Sequence record: PQ821641
Source: Escherichia phage SD6
Direction: 5' to 3' (one strand)
DNA length: 40,091 nt
Below, one piece after another: positions 27,531 to 37,362 of the stretch. A model generated the notes under the pieces. It worked only from the letters and a program-made list of their open reading frames with translations, was not told the origin of the DNA and did not search any database. The position numbers and the translations under genes were made by a program. Position 1 is the first letter of the stretch, and each line of letters begins with the position of its first letter.

Positions 27531-29813
27531 ATGGCTAGTAATATTGAATCAGCTCTGGCTAATCGGACTATGGGTCGCGGCAGAGCGCCGGGTAAAACTA
27601 TCTCCGTCAACTATCAAGCAGCCAACGTTCAGGCTCCGACTGGGGACTCCGGGCTGGCCCGTGCGTTAACTAACTTCGTTGAGTCTGGGACAGGATTGTA
27701 CAAGCAGTTCAAGGATGATGAGAAGACCAGAGCTGACGAGCGGTCTAACGAGATTATCCGTAAACTGACACCTCAGCAAAGACGTGAGGCTATCCAGAAC
27801 GGCACATTGCTGTATCAGGACGACCCTTACGCTATGGAAGCACTTCGAGTCAAGACTGGTCGTAATGCTGCCTTTGCTGTGGACGACGAGATTAACGTTA
27901 AGATTCAGAACGGTGAGTTCCGCACACGTCAGGAAATGGAAGAATATCGCCACCAGCGACTTCAGGATGCCGCTAAGTCCTATGCTGAAGAGGCGGGTAT
28001 TAACCCTACCGACGAGTTCTTCCAGCGTGGATTCAACGATAACATCACGGACCGAAACATCGCTATCTACGGGTCCTTCAATAAGTATTTCAGCAAGCAG
28101 TCTGAAGAGACAGCAATGTTGAACACTCGTATTGAGCTGAACTCGTTCCTTAACGATGGGGACCTGATGCGTTCGCCTGAGTCTGGAAAGACCTTCATGG
28201 CCTACCTTCGGGATGGACTGACGACTGCTGCTATACCTTCGGACCAGAGAGCACGAGAGGTCATCACCCAGACGGTACGTGACGCAATCCAGAAGTCAGG
28301 AGGCTCAAACTTCCTACAGCAAGTCCGTGGCGAGCGTATCACCCTTAATGGTGTTGACGCTACCATCGAAGAGATTGTAGGACCTGACGTCTTCAATGCT
28401 GCTATGGTTGAGGCCCAAGGTACTGAGTATAAACTGGTGGCTAAGTATCAGGAAGACTTGGCGTTAGGCGTTCAGTCTGCGATTCTTCAGGATGACCCAA
28501 CCATCGGTCTGGCCCAGATTCAGAAACTCAAGGAGCAGAACAACCAGCTTCAACCCGGTGAAGAACTCACTCCTCAGCGCCAGATGCTTATTAACGCCGA
28601 AGCTACACTACTGGAAGCGGTAAAGCGTAAGTCTGCTGAACAGGCGAAGGAGAACACGAAGTTAATCCAGACCCAGAACAAGCAACTGGTCATTGACCAA
28701 GTTTATCAGCGACGTCTGGCTGGGGACAACGTGTCAACCAACTATGAGGACCTTCCGGTATCTGAATCTACAGGAGAGTTTAAGCGTTCAGACATGAACA
28801 ACTATGCGGCTGCCAAGCTACAGCAGATTGACCAGCTGGACATCCCTGAGGCTGCTAAAGACGCGCAGAAGGTGGCATTGTTAAGAGCCGACACTAACAA
28901 CGGTCCGTTCCGTAATTCCTTCCAGACTCTGACTCAGGACGCTGCTGGTGAGTGGCAAGCTGCGGTCATCCGTGGGCAGTACGACCCAGAAAAGATGCAA
29001 CGCTTCGAATCTCTTCGTCGTGCCTACACTCAGGACCCTTCAAGTTTTGCTGCGCTGTATCCTGACCAAGCTCAGTTGTTCTCTACGTTCGACCAGATGG
29101 ACAAGATGGGTCTGGACCCTCAGACTATGATTGAAGCTGATAAGCAAGCTGCAAGTCAAAGTCGTGAGATGCGCATGGAGTCAGACAAGGCGTGGCAGGA
29201 GTTGAAGAACGACTCCAAGAACACCCAGTTGTCTCGCCTCCCAACGTCTCTGGACTCAAGTGCTCGTAAGGTCTGGGACTCATGGTACTATCGTACAGGT
29301 AACGCTGACGCTGCCACACAGCAGACTCAACGCTGGCTGAATGAGAACACCGTAACGTTCCAGTCTGAAGGTTCTGACGGTAAGTCAATCGGCATGGTGT
29401 CCAAGCACCAGCTTATGGTCGGGGATAACCCAGAGTCGTGGCAGGTAGGTCGAGACATTATCGACACCGCTCGTAAGCAGCTCATTAAGGCCAATCCTTG
29501 GGTAGTGAACTCTCAGTTGTCCGTTGTTGAACAGAACGGCTCTATCTTCCTCCAAGACGCTACAGGGACTATTCGTATTCGCTACGATAAAGAACTTGTA
29601 GGTAAACTCTACCGCGAACAACAGCAGAAGGCACAAGATGCCGCATATGCTCAGGCAGAACGTGACGCCAACAAGCGAGCGCGTATCGTCGGGACTAAAG
29701 CTGCTGGTGACAAACGTCGAGCTGACCGAGAGGCCAACATCGAGAAGCGCGGTGGGATGTACAATGACGTCTCACTGGAGGGTATCGCATATACACTAAT
29801 CGGTAAGGAGTAA
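27531..29813 (+). CDS. Internal virion protein C (gene 15)
   Basis: 760 aa; ADERSNEIIRKLTPQQRREA.QNGTLLYQDDPYAMEALRVKTGRNAA and IRIRYDKEL as in T7 gp15. Confidence 0.95.
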   Translation: MASNIESALANRTMGRGRAPGKTISVNYQAANVQAPTGDSGLARALTNFVESGTGLYKQFKDDEKTRADERSNEIIRKLTPQQRREAIQNGTLLYQDDPYAMEALRVKTGRNAAFAVDDEINVKIQNGEFRTRQEMEEYRHQRLQDAAKSYAEEAGINPTDEFFQRGFNDNITDRNIAIYGSFNKYFSKQSEETAMLNTRIELNSFLNDGDLMRSPESGKTFMAYLRDGLTTAAIPSDQRAREVITQTVRDAIQKSGGSNFLQQVRGERITLNGVDATIEEIVGPDVFNAAMVEAQGTEYKLVAKYQEDLALGVQSAILQDDPTIGLAQIQKLKEQNNQLQPGEELTPQRQMLINAEATLLEAVKRKSAEQAKENTKLIQTQNKQLVIDQVYQRRLAGDNVSTNYEDLPVSESTGEFKRSDMNNYAAAKLQQIDQLDIPEAAKDAQKVALLRADTNNGPFRNSFQTLTQDAAGEWQAAVIRGQYDPEKMQRFESLRRAYTQDPSSFAALYPDQAQLFSTFDQMDKMGLDPQTMIEADKQAASQSREMRMESDKAWQELKNDSKNTQLSRLPTSLDSSARKVWDSWYYRTGNADAATQQTQRWLNENTVTFQSEGSDGKSIGMVSKHQLMVGDNPESWQVGRDIIDTARKQLIKANPWVVNSQLSVVEQNGSIFLQDATGTIRIRYDKELVGKLYREQQQKAQDAAYAQAERDANKRARIVGTKAAGDKRRADREANIEKRGGMYNDVSLEGIAYTLIGKE

Positions 29814-29817
29814 CATA

Positions 29818-30267
29818 ATGAAGAACGGGACAGCCAGTGAGAGACTGGCAGAACTGTCAGTAGCCGAAGAGTCTGGCTGTATCCGATTCACAGGCCACTT
29901 AGACGGAGAAGGATACGGAAGGATAATGGTGGCTAGGGTTAAGTATATGGCACATCGTCTCTCCTACTCCCTAAATAATGGGCCAATACCAGATGGCTAT
30001 GTTGTTAGGCATAAATGTGATAATCCATCATGCATAAATCCTGAACACCTTGAAGTAGGAACGCAGGCTGACAACATTGCAGATAAGGTTTCCAGAGGCC
30101 GACAGGCAAGAGGTAGTGGAGCAGGCAGAGCTATACTGACAGAGGAATCTGTTAGGGAAATACGCTCCAGTCCATTAAAAGTATCTGAGCTTTCCACCTT
30201 ATACGGGGTAAGCGTCGTTTCCATACGAAATATATTGAGGAGAAAGACATGGCAACACGTGGTGTAA
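29818..30267 (+). CDS. HNH homing endonuclease
   Basis: 149 aa; VVRHKCDNPSCINPEHLEVGTQADN; paralogous to the HNH at 10539; overlaps the gene 16 start by 19 nt. Confidence 0.85.
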   Translation: MKNGTASERLAELSVAEESGCIRFTGHLDGEGYGRIMVARVKYMAHRLSYSLNNGPIPDGYVVRHKCDNPSCINPEHLEVGTQADNIADKVSRGRQARGSGAGRAILTEESVREIRSSPLKVSELSTLYGVSVVSIRNILRRKTWQHVV

Positions 30268-33200
30268 GGAACGCAAATCCGGGCAATATCCGTAAGTCTA
30301 AGGACCAATGGGAAGGAGCTATTGGCGATGATGGGGAGTTTGTAATATTTGATAGCCCAGAGTCTGGTGTACGGGCCTTGGGTAAGAACTTATTAAGTTA
30401 TGGTCGCCAAGGTTATGACTCCATCGAGAAGATTATCAACCGATGGGCACCTCCCAATGAGAACGACACTCAGGCTTATATTGACTCAGTGGTCGCTGCG
30501 ACTGGTATTCCAGCTACCCAGAGTCTAGACCTCTCGGACCCGGACACCCTGTCTTCTCTGGCACAAGCTATCAGCTTCCACGAGACAGGCTCACGGTACG
30601 ACCCTGAAGTCTATCAGCAGGGAGTCGCAAGAGCACTCAACGGTATCAGCCCAAAGACTCCACCAGTAAGCGCTAACGTATTTGACGCACTCACGGAAGG
30701 ACTCAAGGCTAAACCTAAAGTAGATCTGGGTGAGAACCTTCCGACCGCTGCTGGTCTGAACATTGAGGGTCAAGCACCTGAAGCTCCCAACGAATCGTTC
30801 GGTGAGATGTTCTATAAAGCTACTGGCGAGACAATGCAGGAGCGAGAAGACCGTTCTACGTGGTTCGGTTTCGGCGCGGCTACAGAAGCTGAAGTGAAGA
30901 ACTCTATGGTCGGCGTGGCTATCCGCGCTGGTCAGACCGAGGATTCACTGGATGTCATTGGCGATGTGTTCAACCCGACCCGCTGGAACAACCATAAGTG
31001 GACTCGTGAGGAGCTGGACCAGATTCGTAACGCTGGGGTTCTGCCTCAGTATTACGGAGTCATTACTGGTGGCTCTCCTCAGAACCTGACCGAGCTTATT
31101 AACTTGGCGCTTGAGAACCAGAAGTTGGACCAAGAGAAGGCCAAGGCTGGGACTGGCGCTCAACTGGCGGCTGGTGTGATTGGTGCTGGCGTGGACCCTC
31201 TGACCTACGTTCCTATTGCTGGGCAGGTTGGTAAAGGTGGTAAGCTGGTCAACAAGATGTTCACTGTGGCTGCTCAATCTGGAGCACTGGCTGGTGTGTC
31301 GGAGATGGCCCGTACCTCAGTGTCTGGTGGTGATGCTCATGTGGCTGAGGCTATCCTTGGCGGTGCTCTCTTCGGTGGCGGTATGACTGCTATCGCTGAT
31401 GGTTTAGGCAGAGCCTTAGGTCGCAACACTAATGAGTTCGCTGGCCCAGCTACACGTCTGGAAGCTCGTGAGACCGCTCGTAACGTTGATGGTCAGGACC
31501 TGTCTCGTCTCCCTATTCAGGAAGGTGAGCAGACCTTTAGTCATCAAGGAGTTAAGTTCGCTGACGTTCCGAACGAGCCGGGTAGTGTACGACTGGAAGA
31601 TGGTTCAATCCTGATTGGTGAGAACCCTCTGAACCCTAAGACACGTCAAGTCTTTGACGAAGTGATTGAGCCTGAACGTGCCGCTGCTGGTGTGAACCTT
31701 GGTGGACTTACCGAGATTGGCCTGAAGCTGCTTCGGTCTGAGAACCCTGAGATTCGTGGAGTAGCTGCTGACTTAGTGCGTTCACCAACTGGTATGCAGT
31801 CTGGGGCCTCAGGTAAAATCGGGACAACTGCGTCAGACGTGTTCGAGAGACTTCGTGCTGTTGACCATCGGTTCTACAACGACATCGATGATGCTGTTAC
31901 TGAGGCACTAAAGGACCCGTACTTCCAGACAGCATTCTGGCGAGACTCTGGCGCATTCCGTCAGGACATCTACCAGCGTGTGTCTATGGCTATCGAAGAT
32001 GGTAGCGGAAACCTGAAGGCTGAACTGACTCCGGGAGAACTTAAAGTCTATGACCTACTGAAGAACCAGTTTGACGCCAAGCGTGAGATGATGGAGAACC
32101 CAGCGATGTTCGGTCGTCCAGACGCTCAGTCTATCTTTCCGGGTAGCCGCTTCAAGGGAACCTACGTCCCTCATGTGTATAGCAAACAGATGAAGGAGCT
32201 ATACATCAAGGAGCTTGGGAGTCCAGAGGCGTTGCAGGAGGCCATCAAGAAGTCATGGTTGACCAGCTATGCGTCTCGACCTGAAGTCAAGAAACGCGTG
32301 GACGAGGCACTCTTAGAGGCTGACCCTACGTTGACTCCAGAGGGACTTGCGGCTGCGGTCGATAAGTACGCCAACGATAAGGCTTACGGTATCTCTCACA
32401 CTGAGCAGTTCGAGCGTTCATCCGTAATGGAAGAGAACATCAACGGTCTGGTAGGTCTGGAGAACAACAGCTTCCTTGAGGCGCGCAACCTGTTCGATAG
32501 CGATATGTCAATCGTTCTTCCTAATGGTCAGACCTTCAGTGTCAACAACCTGCGTGAGTGGGACATGGACAAGATTGTCCCGGCCTACAACCGTCGAGTT
32601 AATGGTGACATTGCTATCATGGCTGGTACAGGAAAGACCACAAAGGAAATGAAAGACTTGGTTGAGACCATGATGAACAAGGCTGGTGATGACGGTAAGT
32701 TGAAAGGCGAAGTCTCTACCTTACGTGACACCTTGAAGATTCTCACTGGTCGTGCTCGACGTGATGGTGCTGACGATGCTGCCTTCGCTACCGTGATGCG
32801 CACAATGACAGACCTATCGTTCTTCGCTAAGAATGCCTACATGGGTGTTCAGAACTTAACGGAGATTGGTGGTATGCTGGCCCGTGGTAACGTTCGTGCA
32901 ATGCTGCATGGAGTCCCTATGTTCCGTGACCTAGCCTTCCGTAACAAGAAGGTAGGGGCCTCAGAGATTAAGGACCTGCACAATGTTATCTTCGGTAAGG
33001 AACTGGACGACTCAATCCGTCCGTCCAAACAGGATGTCATTGACCGTCTACGAGCGTACAGTTCCTTGAGTAAACCAACAGCTACAGCTCTAGGGACTGC
33101 CAAGTATTACACTGGTGAACTTGCAGTACGCTCTCCGTTCACTAAAGTCCTCAACGGTACGACAAACTACCTGTTAGATGCTGGACGTCAAGGCTTCCTG

Positions 33201-34136
33201 TCTGACATCGTGGAGCATAGTCTTACTGGTAGTAAGCGTAAGTTCGATGACCGCTGGCTGAAGACCGCTGGTATCTCTGACGAGCAGTGGAAGGGTATTA
33301 AGTCCCTAATCCGTGAGTCAGTGACTCGTGGTCCAGACGGGAAGTACACCATCAAGGATAAGAAGGCGTTCAGTCAGGACCCAAGGGCTATGGACCTGTG
33401 GCGTATGGGTGACACCATCGCTGATGAAACGTTACTCCGCCCTCATAAGCTGTCCAACATGGACGCCAAGGCTTATGGCCCACTCGCTAAGACTGTCCTT
33501 CAGTTTAAGAACTTCGTCATCAAGTCCATCAATGGGCGAACCATGCGAACCTTCTACAACGCAACGAAGAACAACCGAGCGATGGACGCTGCCTTGTCCA
33601 CTGTGATGTCTATGGGTCTCGCTGGTATCTACTACATGGCTCAGGCGCACGTCAAGGCTTATGCTATGCAGGATGGTCGAGACCGTGATTACCTCAAGCA
33701 AGCTCTGGACCCGACGATGATTGGATATGCGGCTCTGTCCCGTAGCTCACATCTAGGTGGCCCACTTGGGGTCGCTAACATTCTGGGCGGCATCGCTGGG
33801 TATGAGGACACTAAGATGCTCCGCTCGTCTATCCTCCCTCGTTCACCTACAGAGAAGCCTGAACGTGCCATCTCGTATGGTGCGGCTACAAGTGACCCTG
33901 TGATGAATGTCGTAGGTAACTTCTTGGAGCAGGTTCCAGCTTTCGGCTATGCTGCTAACGTTGGTGCTTCGGCTTACAACTTGGCTGGCTACCTCAAGGC
34001 TGATACTCGTGTCAACGAGCGAGACTACATGACCGGGATGTATAACACGTTCCGTGAACTGGTCCCGAATGACCCGATTACCCAGAAGTTGCTGCTTGGA
34101 ACGTTTGAGGAGCAAGGTATCCACATCAAGGACTAA
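30249..34136 (+). CDS. Internal virion protein D (gene 16) with a non-canonical N-terminal domain
   Basis: 1295 aa; from about residue 180 collinear with T7 gp16 (GVDPLTYVP, RLEARETARN, SPTGMQSGASGK, ENPAMFG, GTYVPHVY, GLENNSFLEARNLFDSD, RVNGDIAIMAGTGKTT); the first ~130 aa (RNANPGNIR...RWAPPNEN) do not resemble the T7 N terminus as remembered. Confidence 0.95.
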   Translation: MATRGVRNANPGNIRKSKDQWEGAIGDDGEFVIFDSPESGVRALGKNLLSYGRQGYDSIEKIINRWAPPNENDTQAYIDSVVAATGIPATQSLDLSDPDTLSSLAQAISFHETGSRYDPEVYQQGVARALNGISPKTPPVSANVFDALTEGLKAKPKVDLGENLPTAAGLNIEGQAPEAPNESFGEMFYKATGETMQEREDRSTWFGFGAATEAEVKNSMVGVAIRAGQTEDSLDVIGDVFNPTRWNNHKWTREELDQIRNAGVLPQYYGVITGGSPQNLTELINLALENQKLDQEKAKAGTGAQLAAGVIGAGVDPLTYVPIAGQVGKGGKLVNKMFTVAAQSGALAGVSEMARTSVSGGDAHVAEAILGGALFGGGMTAIADGLGRALGRNTNEFAGPATRLEARETARNVDGQDLSRLPIQEGEQTFSHQGVKFADVPNEPGSVRLEDGSILIGENPLNPKTRQVFDEVIEPERAAAGVNLGGLTEIGLKLLRSENPEIRGVAADLVRSPTGMQSGASGKIGTTASDVFERLRAVDHRFYNDIDDAVTEALKDPYFQTAFWRDSGAFRQDIYQRVSMAIEDGSGNLKAELTPGELKVYDLLKNQFDAKREMMENPAMFGRPDAQSIFPGSRFKGTYVPHVYSKQMKELYIKELGSPEALQEAIKKSWLTSYASRPEVKKRVDEALLEADPTLTPEGLAAAVDKYANDKAYGISHTEQFERSSVMEENINGLVGLENNSFLEARNLFDSDMSIVLPNGQTFSVNNLREWDMDKIVPAYNRRVNGDIAIMAGTGKTTKEMKDLVETMMNKAGDDGKLKGEVSTLRDTLKILTGRARRDGADDAAFATVMRTMTDLSFFAKNAYMGVQNLTEIGGMLARGNVRAMLHGVPMFRDLAFRNKKVGASEIKDLHNVIFGKELDDSIRPSKQDVIDRLRAYSSLSKPTATALGTAKYYTGELAVRSPFTKVLNGTTNYLLDAGRQGFLSDIVEHSLTGSKRKFDDRWLKTAGISDEQWKGIKSLIRESVTRGPDGKYTIKDKKAFSQDPRAMDLWRMGDTIADETLLRPHKLSNMDAKAYGPLAKTVLQFKNFVIKSINGRTMRTFYNATKNNRAMDAALSTVMSMGLAGIYYMAQAHVKAYAMQDGRDRDYLKQALDPTMIGYAALSRSSHLGGPLGVANILGGIAGYEDTKMLRSSILPRSPTEKPERAISYGAATSDPVMNVVGNFLEQVPAFGYAANVGASAYNLAGYLKADTRVNERDYMTGMYNTFRELVPNDPITQKLLLGTFEEQGIHIKD

Positions 34137-34155
34137 ACTATCACTATAGGAAACG
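34133..34155 (+). promoter_or_regulatory. Phage promoter (phi17-like)
   Basis: CTAAACTATCACTATAGGAAACG overlapping the gene 16 stop. Confidence 0.7.
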
Positions 34156-34200
34156 GGAGGCGCTACCATATGTCTCCCTTTAAATCACAAAGGAGGCATA

Positions 34201-36681
34201 ATGTCCACGATTACACAATTCCCTTCAGGAAACACTCAGTACAGGATTGAGTTCGACTACCTAGCCAGAACGTTTGTTGTTGTTACGCTGGTGAATAGCT
34301 CTAACCCTACCATGAACCGTGTACTTGAAGTGGGTCGAGATTACCGATTCCTTAATCCAACGATGATTGAGATGTTGGTTGACCAATCGGGTTTCGACAT
34401 CGTTCGTATTCACCGTCAGACTGGAACTGACTTAGTGGTAGACTTCAGGAATGGCTCAGTGTTGACAGCTAGTGACCTGACCAATTCAGAGCTTCAGGCT
34501 ATCCATATTGCAGAAGAAGGTCGAGACCAAACTGTTGACTTAGCGAAGGAATATGCAGATGCTGCTGGTAGCTCTGCTGGCAACGCTAAGGATAGCGCGG
34601 ACGAAGCACGACGAATCGCTGAGAGTATCAGGATCGCCGGTCTAATTGGCTATATTACCCGTCGCTCCTTCGAGAAAGGCTTCAACGTTACAACATGGAG
34701 CGAGGTCCTGCTGTGGGAAGCGGATGGTAGCTATTACCGCTGGGATGGTACACTTCCAAAGAATGTTCCTGCGGGTTCAACTCCAGATAGCACTGGTGGG
34801 GTTAAATTAGGTGCGTGGGTTAATGTTGGAGATGCCGCATTACGATCACAAATATCAAATCCTGACGGGGCTACTTTATATCCAGAATTACAAAGGGCCA
34901 GATGGCGTGATGTAGGTGATATACGAGGTTGGAACCTGAGGGGCGATGGCTCTGATGAAGCCGTTTTACTACAGCAAGTAATCAATACTGGAAATGTATT
35001 CATACCTAAAGGAATGATTATAAGCCACTCAACTGTAACAATTCCAAAGGGTACACAAATAAAACTTGCAGATGGAGCTGCTCTCAGGTCTTTGGTAAAA
35101 GATGCGCTTTCATTTGAAAAAGATGAAATGTTCAAATTGGCTTCCTCGGCGGCATCTGGAACCACAACCTTGACACTGGCATCAGCCCCAACTTACACAA
35201 ATTTTGACAAAGTAATGATTACGAGGTCGGAAGACACCAGTGACAGTTGGTATATCGCGAATGCCCAAAATCCAGACCAGTTAGGATACCAAGGTGAGGT
35301 TTTCCGCGTTCTGAGCATAGATGGAGCAACTATAACGTTGGCATCCCCAGTGCCATGGGAGCTAACAGTGGCGAATGCAGAGGTTCGAATTATTAAAGGA
35401 CCAACAACAAAAATAACCGGAGGAAATCTAATAAACGGGGCGACTGGCTCAAACTATATGTATCAGTCAAAAGGCGCCTCATTGATTGAGTTTGAGGGTA
35501 CTTCCTTCGATTACAACGGCAATGGTGGCAGTCGCCATGACACCTCCTACGGCATCAAATATTCTGGTACTCGACACAAAAATAGGGTCGGTAACGGGAA
35601 CGTATTTCTTGGGTATGGGTCAGTAGAGTGTACTATTGAAGGAACAGAGCAGAATGGTGGTGCAGGTGGAGATGCTCAGATCATTGTTTACGCTGGATGT
35701 AGAAACATAGTTTCTAAAGGTAATAAATGCTTCCCTGTCGCATCAGAAGCCGGAGTTTACATTGGTGCGAAGTGCATAGGCGGGGCTTCCGTTTCAGACC
35801 ATATTAAAGGCGGTAAATACGGGTTTATTTCAGCATTCGGCGTACAAAAATTTTCCGTCGATAAACCGGTGTTACTCGACCAGTTGAAAGCCGCTATATT
35901 CGCTGAGCAATGTCAAAATTTTGAGGTTGAATCGCCTGTAATCCGTTTTATTAAAACAGGACAACAGACTGTAGCGGCTATCCTGCTCAAAGATTCAGAT
36001 TCTTACGTTATTGACTGTAATATTCCTATCGATACCGGGGATGACGGCTACATCGTTAGCTCATATAGTTCGCCAGCGTATAACACTGTAGCAAGGAAAG
36101 GCATAAGCCTGAGAGCTTCAGGGAAAGGAAGTATTAACCTAAGCTCAGCGATGGTTAATTTCTCGTTAGTTGGCTGTGAAGTTACCGGGGATATAACGCT
36201 GTACAACGGGGATATAGGTTCGTCCGACGGCTTTATTAGTAATAATCGATGCCGATATATGGTTCTGCACTCACTTCAGAAGAGTGAGATTACTGATACG
36301 ACAATTACAGGAAACCAAAATGGATATGGAATACGACTGAGCGGGAACTCTAGATGGAACAATATCAGACGCAGCAAAATCAGTGGTGTAACCACAGCGT
36401 TCTTTGTTAACCCAGCACCCGCAAATATATACACGAATGCGCTTCATGAGGATAACATGATAGATTACTCAACAGTAACCACATTCGTATCATCGCCGAC
36501 TGGAACAACCACTCCAGCGACGGGCTTGTTAAACCCTGCACCGGTGAGGAACTTTTTTCTACCATCTACAGGTTGGCAAGATGCACCCACAACCAAGCGA
36601 ACGATTAGCGGCTGGAGGCATAAAGGCACAAATACCGGTGTGGCGACTGATTGGTTTACTATAGCTATCAATGAAGCATGA
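34201..36681 (+). CDS. Tail spike protein with a T7 gp17-type N-terminal anchor and a putative beta-helix depolymerase C-terminal part
   Basis: 826 aa; residues 1 to ~150 match T7 gp17 (FDYLAR.FVVVTL, DYRF, LVDF.NGS.L.A.DL, HIAEE.RD); the remainder is Gly/Asn/Ser/Thr-rich and repetitive, and the encoding DNA looks AT-richer by eye. Confidence 0.9.
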   Translation: MSTITQFPSGNTQYRIEFDYLARTFVVVTLVNSSNPTMNRVLEVGRDYRFLNPTMIEMLVDQSGFDIVRIHRQTGTDLVVDFRNGSVLTASDLTNSELQAIHIAEEGRDQTVDLAKEYADAAGSSAGNAKDSADEARRIAESIRIAGLIGYITRRSFEKGFNVTTWSEVLLWEADGSYYRWDGTLPKNVPAGSTPDSTGGVKLGAWVNVGDAALRSQISNPDGATLYPELQRARWRDVGDIRGWNLRGDGSDEAVLLQQVINTGNVFIPKGMIISHSTVTIPKGTQIKLADGAALRSLVKDALSFEKDEMFKLASSAASGTTTLTLASAPTYTNFDKVMITRSEDTSDSWYIANAQNPDQLGYQGEVFRVLSIDGATITLASPVPWELTVANAEVRIIKGPTTKITGGNLINGATGSNYMYQSKGASLIEFEGTSFDYNGNGGSRHDTSYGIKYSGTRHKNRVGNGNVFLGYGSVECTIEGTEQNGGAGGDAQIIVYAGCRNIVSKGNKCFPVASEAGVYIGAKCIGGASVSDHIKGGKYGFISAFGVQKFSVDKPVLLDQLKAAIFAEQCQNFEVESPVIRFIKTGQQTVAAILLKDSDSYVIDCNIPIDTGDDGYIVSSYSSPAYNTVARKGISLRASGKGSINLSSAMVNFSLVGCEVTGDITLYNGDIGSSDGFISNNRCRYMVLHSLQKSEITDTTITGNQNGYGIRLSGNSRWNNIRRSKISGVTTAFFVNPAPANIYTNALHEDNMIDYSTVTTFVSSPTGTTTPATGLLNPAPVRNFFLPSTGWQDAPTTKRTISGWRHKGTNTGVATDWFTIAINEA

Positions 36682-36806
36682 TTTGATGCATAGTCATAAC
36701 CTTGTTAGTTTCATCAGAAGGGTATTGAATCGTCGAAGTCCATCTGAGGCTAACTGTAGGGTAACAGCTTTGGGTCACGGACGACCCGCTTTAAACTGGA
36801 GGTTTT

Positions 36807-37001
36807 ATGATTGAGTTAGACTTCAAGAATGAGGTCCTTAAAGCCTCTCCTATCGTCGGGACCGCTGCGGCTGATGGTGCCAGTCGGTTCTTCTTCGGAC
36901 TTACACTGAACGAATGGTTCTACGTTGCAGCTATAGCGTACACCGTTGTCCAGATTGGTGTGCTAGTCTACAAAACGATTAAAGGAGGTGGTAAAACATG
37001 A
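36807..37001 (+). CDS. Class II holin (gene 17.5)
   Basis: 64 aa; KA.PIVGT..AD...R.FFGL.LNEWFYVAAIAYTVVQIG nearly identical to T7 gp17.5. Confidence 0.85.
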   Translation: MIELDFKNEVLKASPIVGTAAADGASRFFFGLTLNEWFYVAAIAYTVVQIGVLVYKTIKGGGKT

Positions 37002-37261
37002 CGCAGATGGACTTAGAGAAGTTCCTCTTAATGCTAGATACTGAACGTGCTCGACTCATGCTGCAAGACCTGCGGGATGACTCTAAGCGTTCACCTCAGC
37101 TTTACAACGCCATTGAGAAGCTACTGGCTCGTCACAACTTCGTGCTAAGCAAGGTGTCTGTTGACGAGAAGACGCTCGCTGATATGGAGGCCCTGAACGC
37201 AGAGTACGATAAGGTGCTTTCAGCGACTGAGGATAATGACACCGGGTATGGCGTTCAATAA
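36998..37261 (+). CDS. Terminase small subunit / DNA maturation protein A (gene 18)
   Basis: 87 aa; RSPQLYNAIEKLLARHNF as in T7 gp18; start overlaps the holin stop. Confidence 0.85.
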   Translation: MTQMDLEKFLLMLDTERARLMLQDLRDDSKRSPQLYNAIEKLLARHNFVLSKVSVDEKTLADMEALNAEYDKVLSATEDNDTGYGVQ

Positions 37262-37263
37262 GT

Positions 37264-37312
37264 GTTAGACTCAAGGTCATTACTATGTGTAGTGGCCTTT
37301 ATGGTTAACACT
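37264..37312 (+). promoter_or_regulatory. Putative RNase III site (R18.5-like hairpin)
   Basis: GTGTTAGACTCAAGGTCAT-TACTATGTGT-AGTGGCCTTTATGGTTAACAC; outer GUGUUA/UAACAC and inner AAGGUCA/UGGCCUU can pair. Confidence 0.5.
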
Positions 37313-37362
37313 AACTAGTGGAGGAGACTCTACGTGAGATCTGATAAACCGGGAGGGCAACT

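Noticed and set aside
36745-36770. Partial promoter-like core CTAACTGTAGGGTAACAG between the tail spike and holin genes
   Set aside because: Only the -8 to +3 core matches and the upstream ACTATCAC half is missing. T7 has no promoter at this position.
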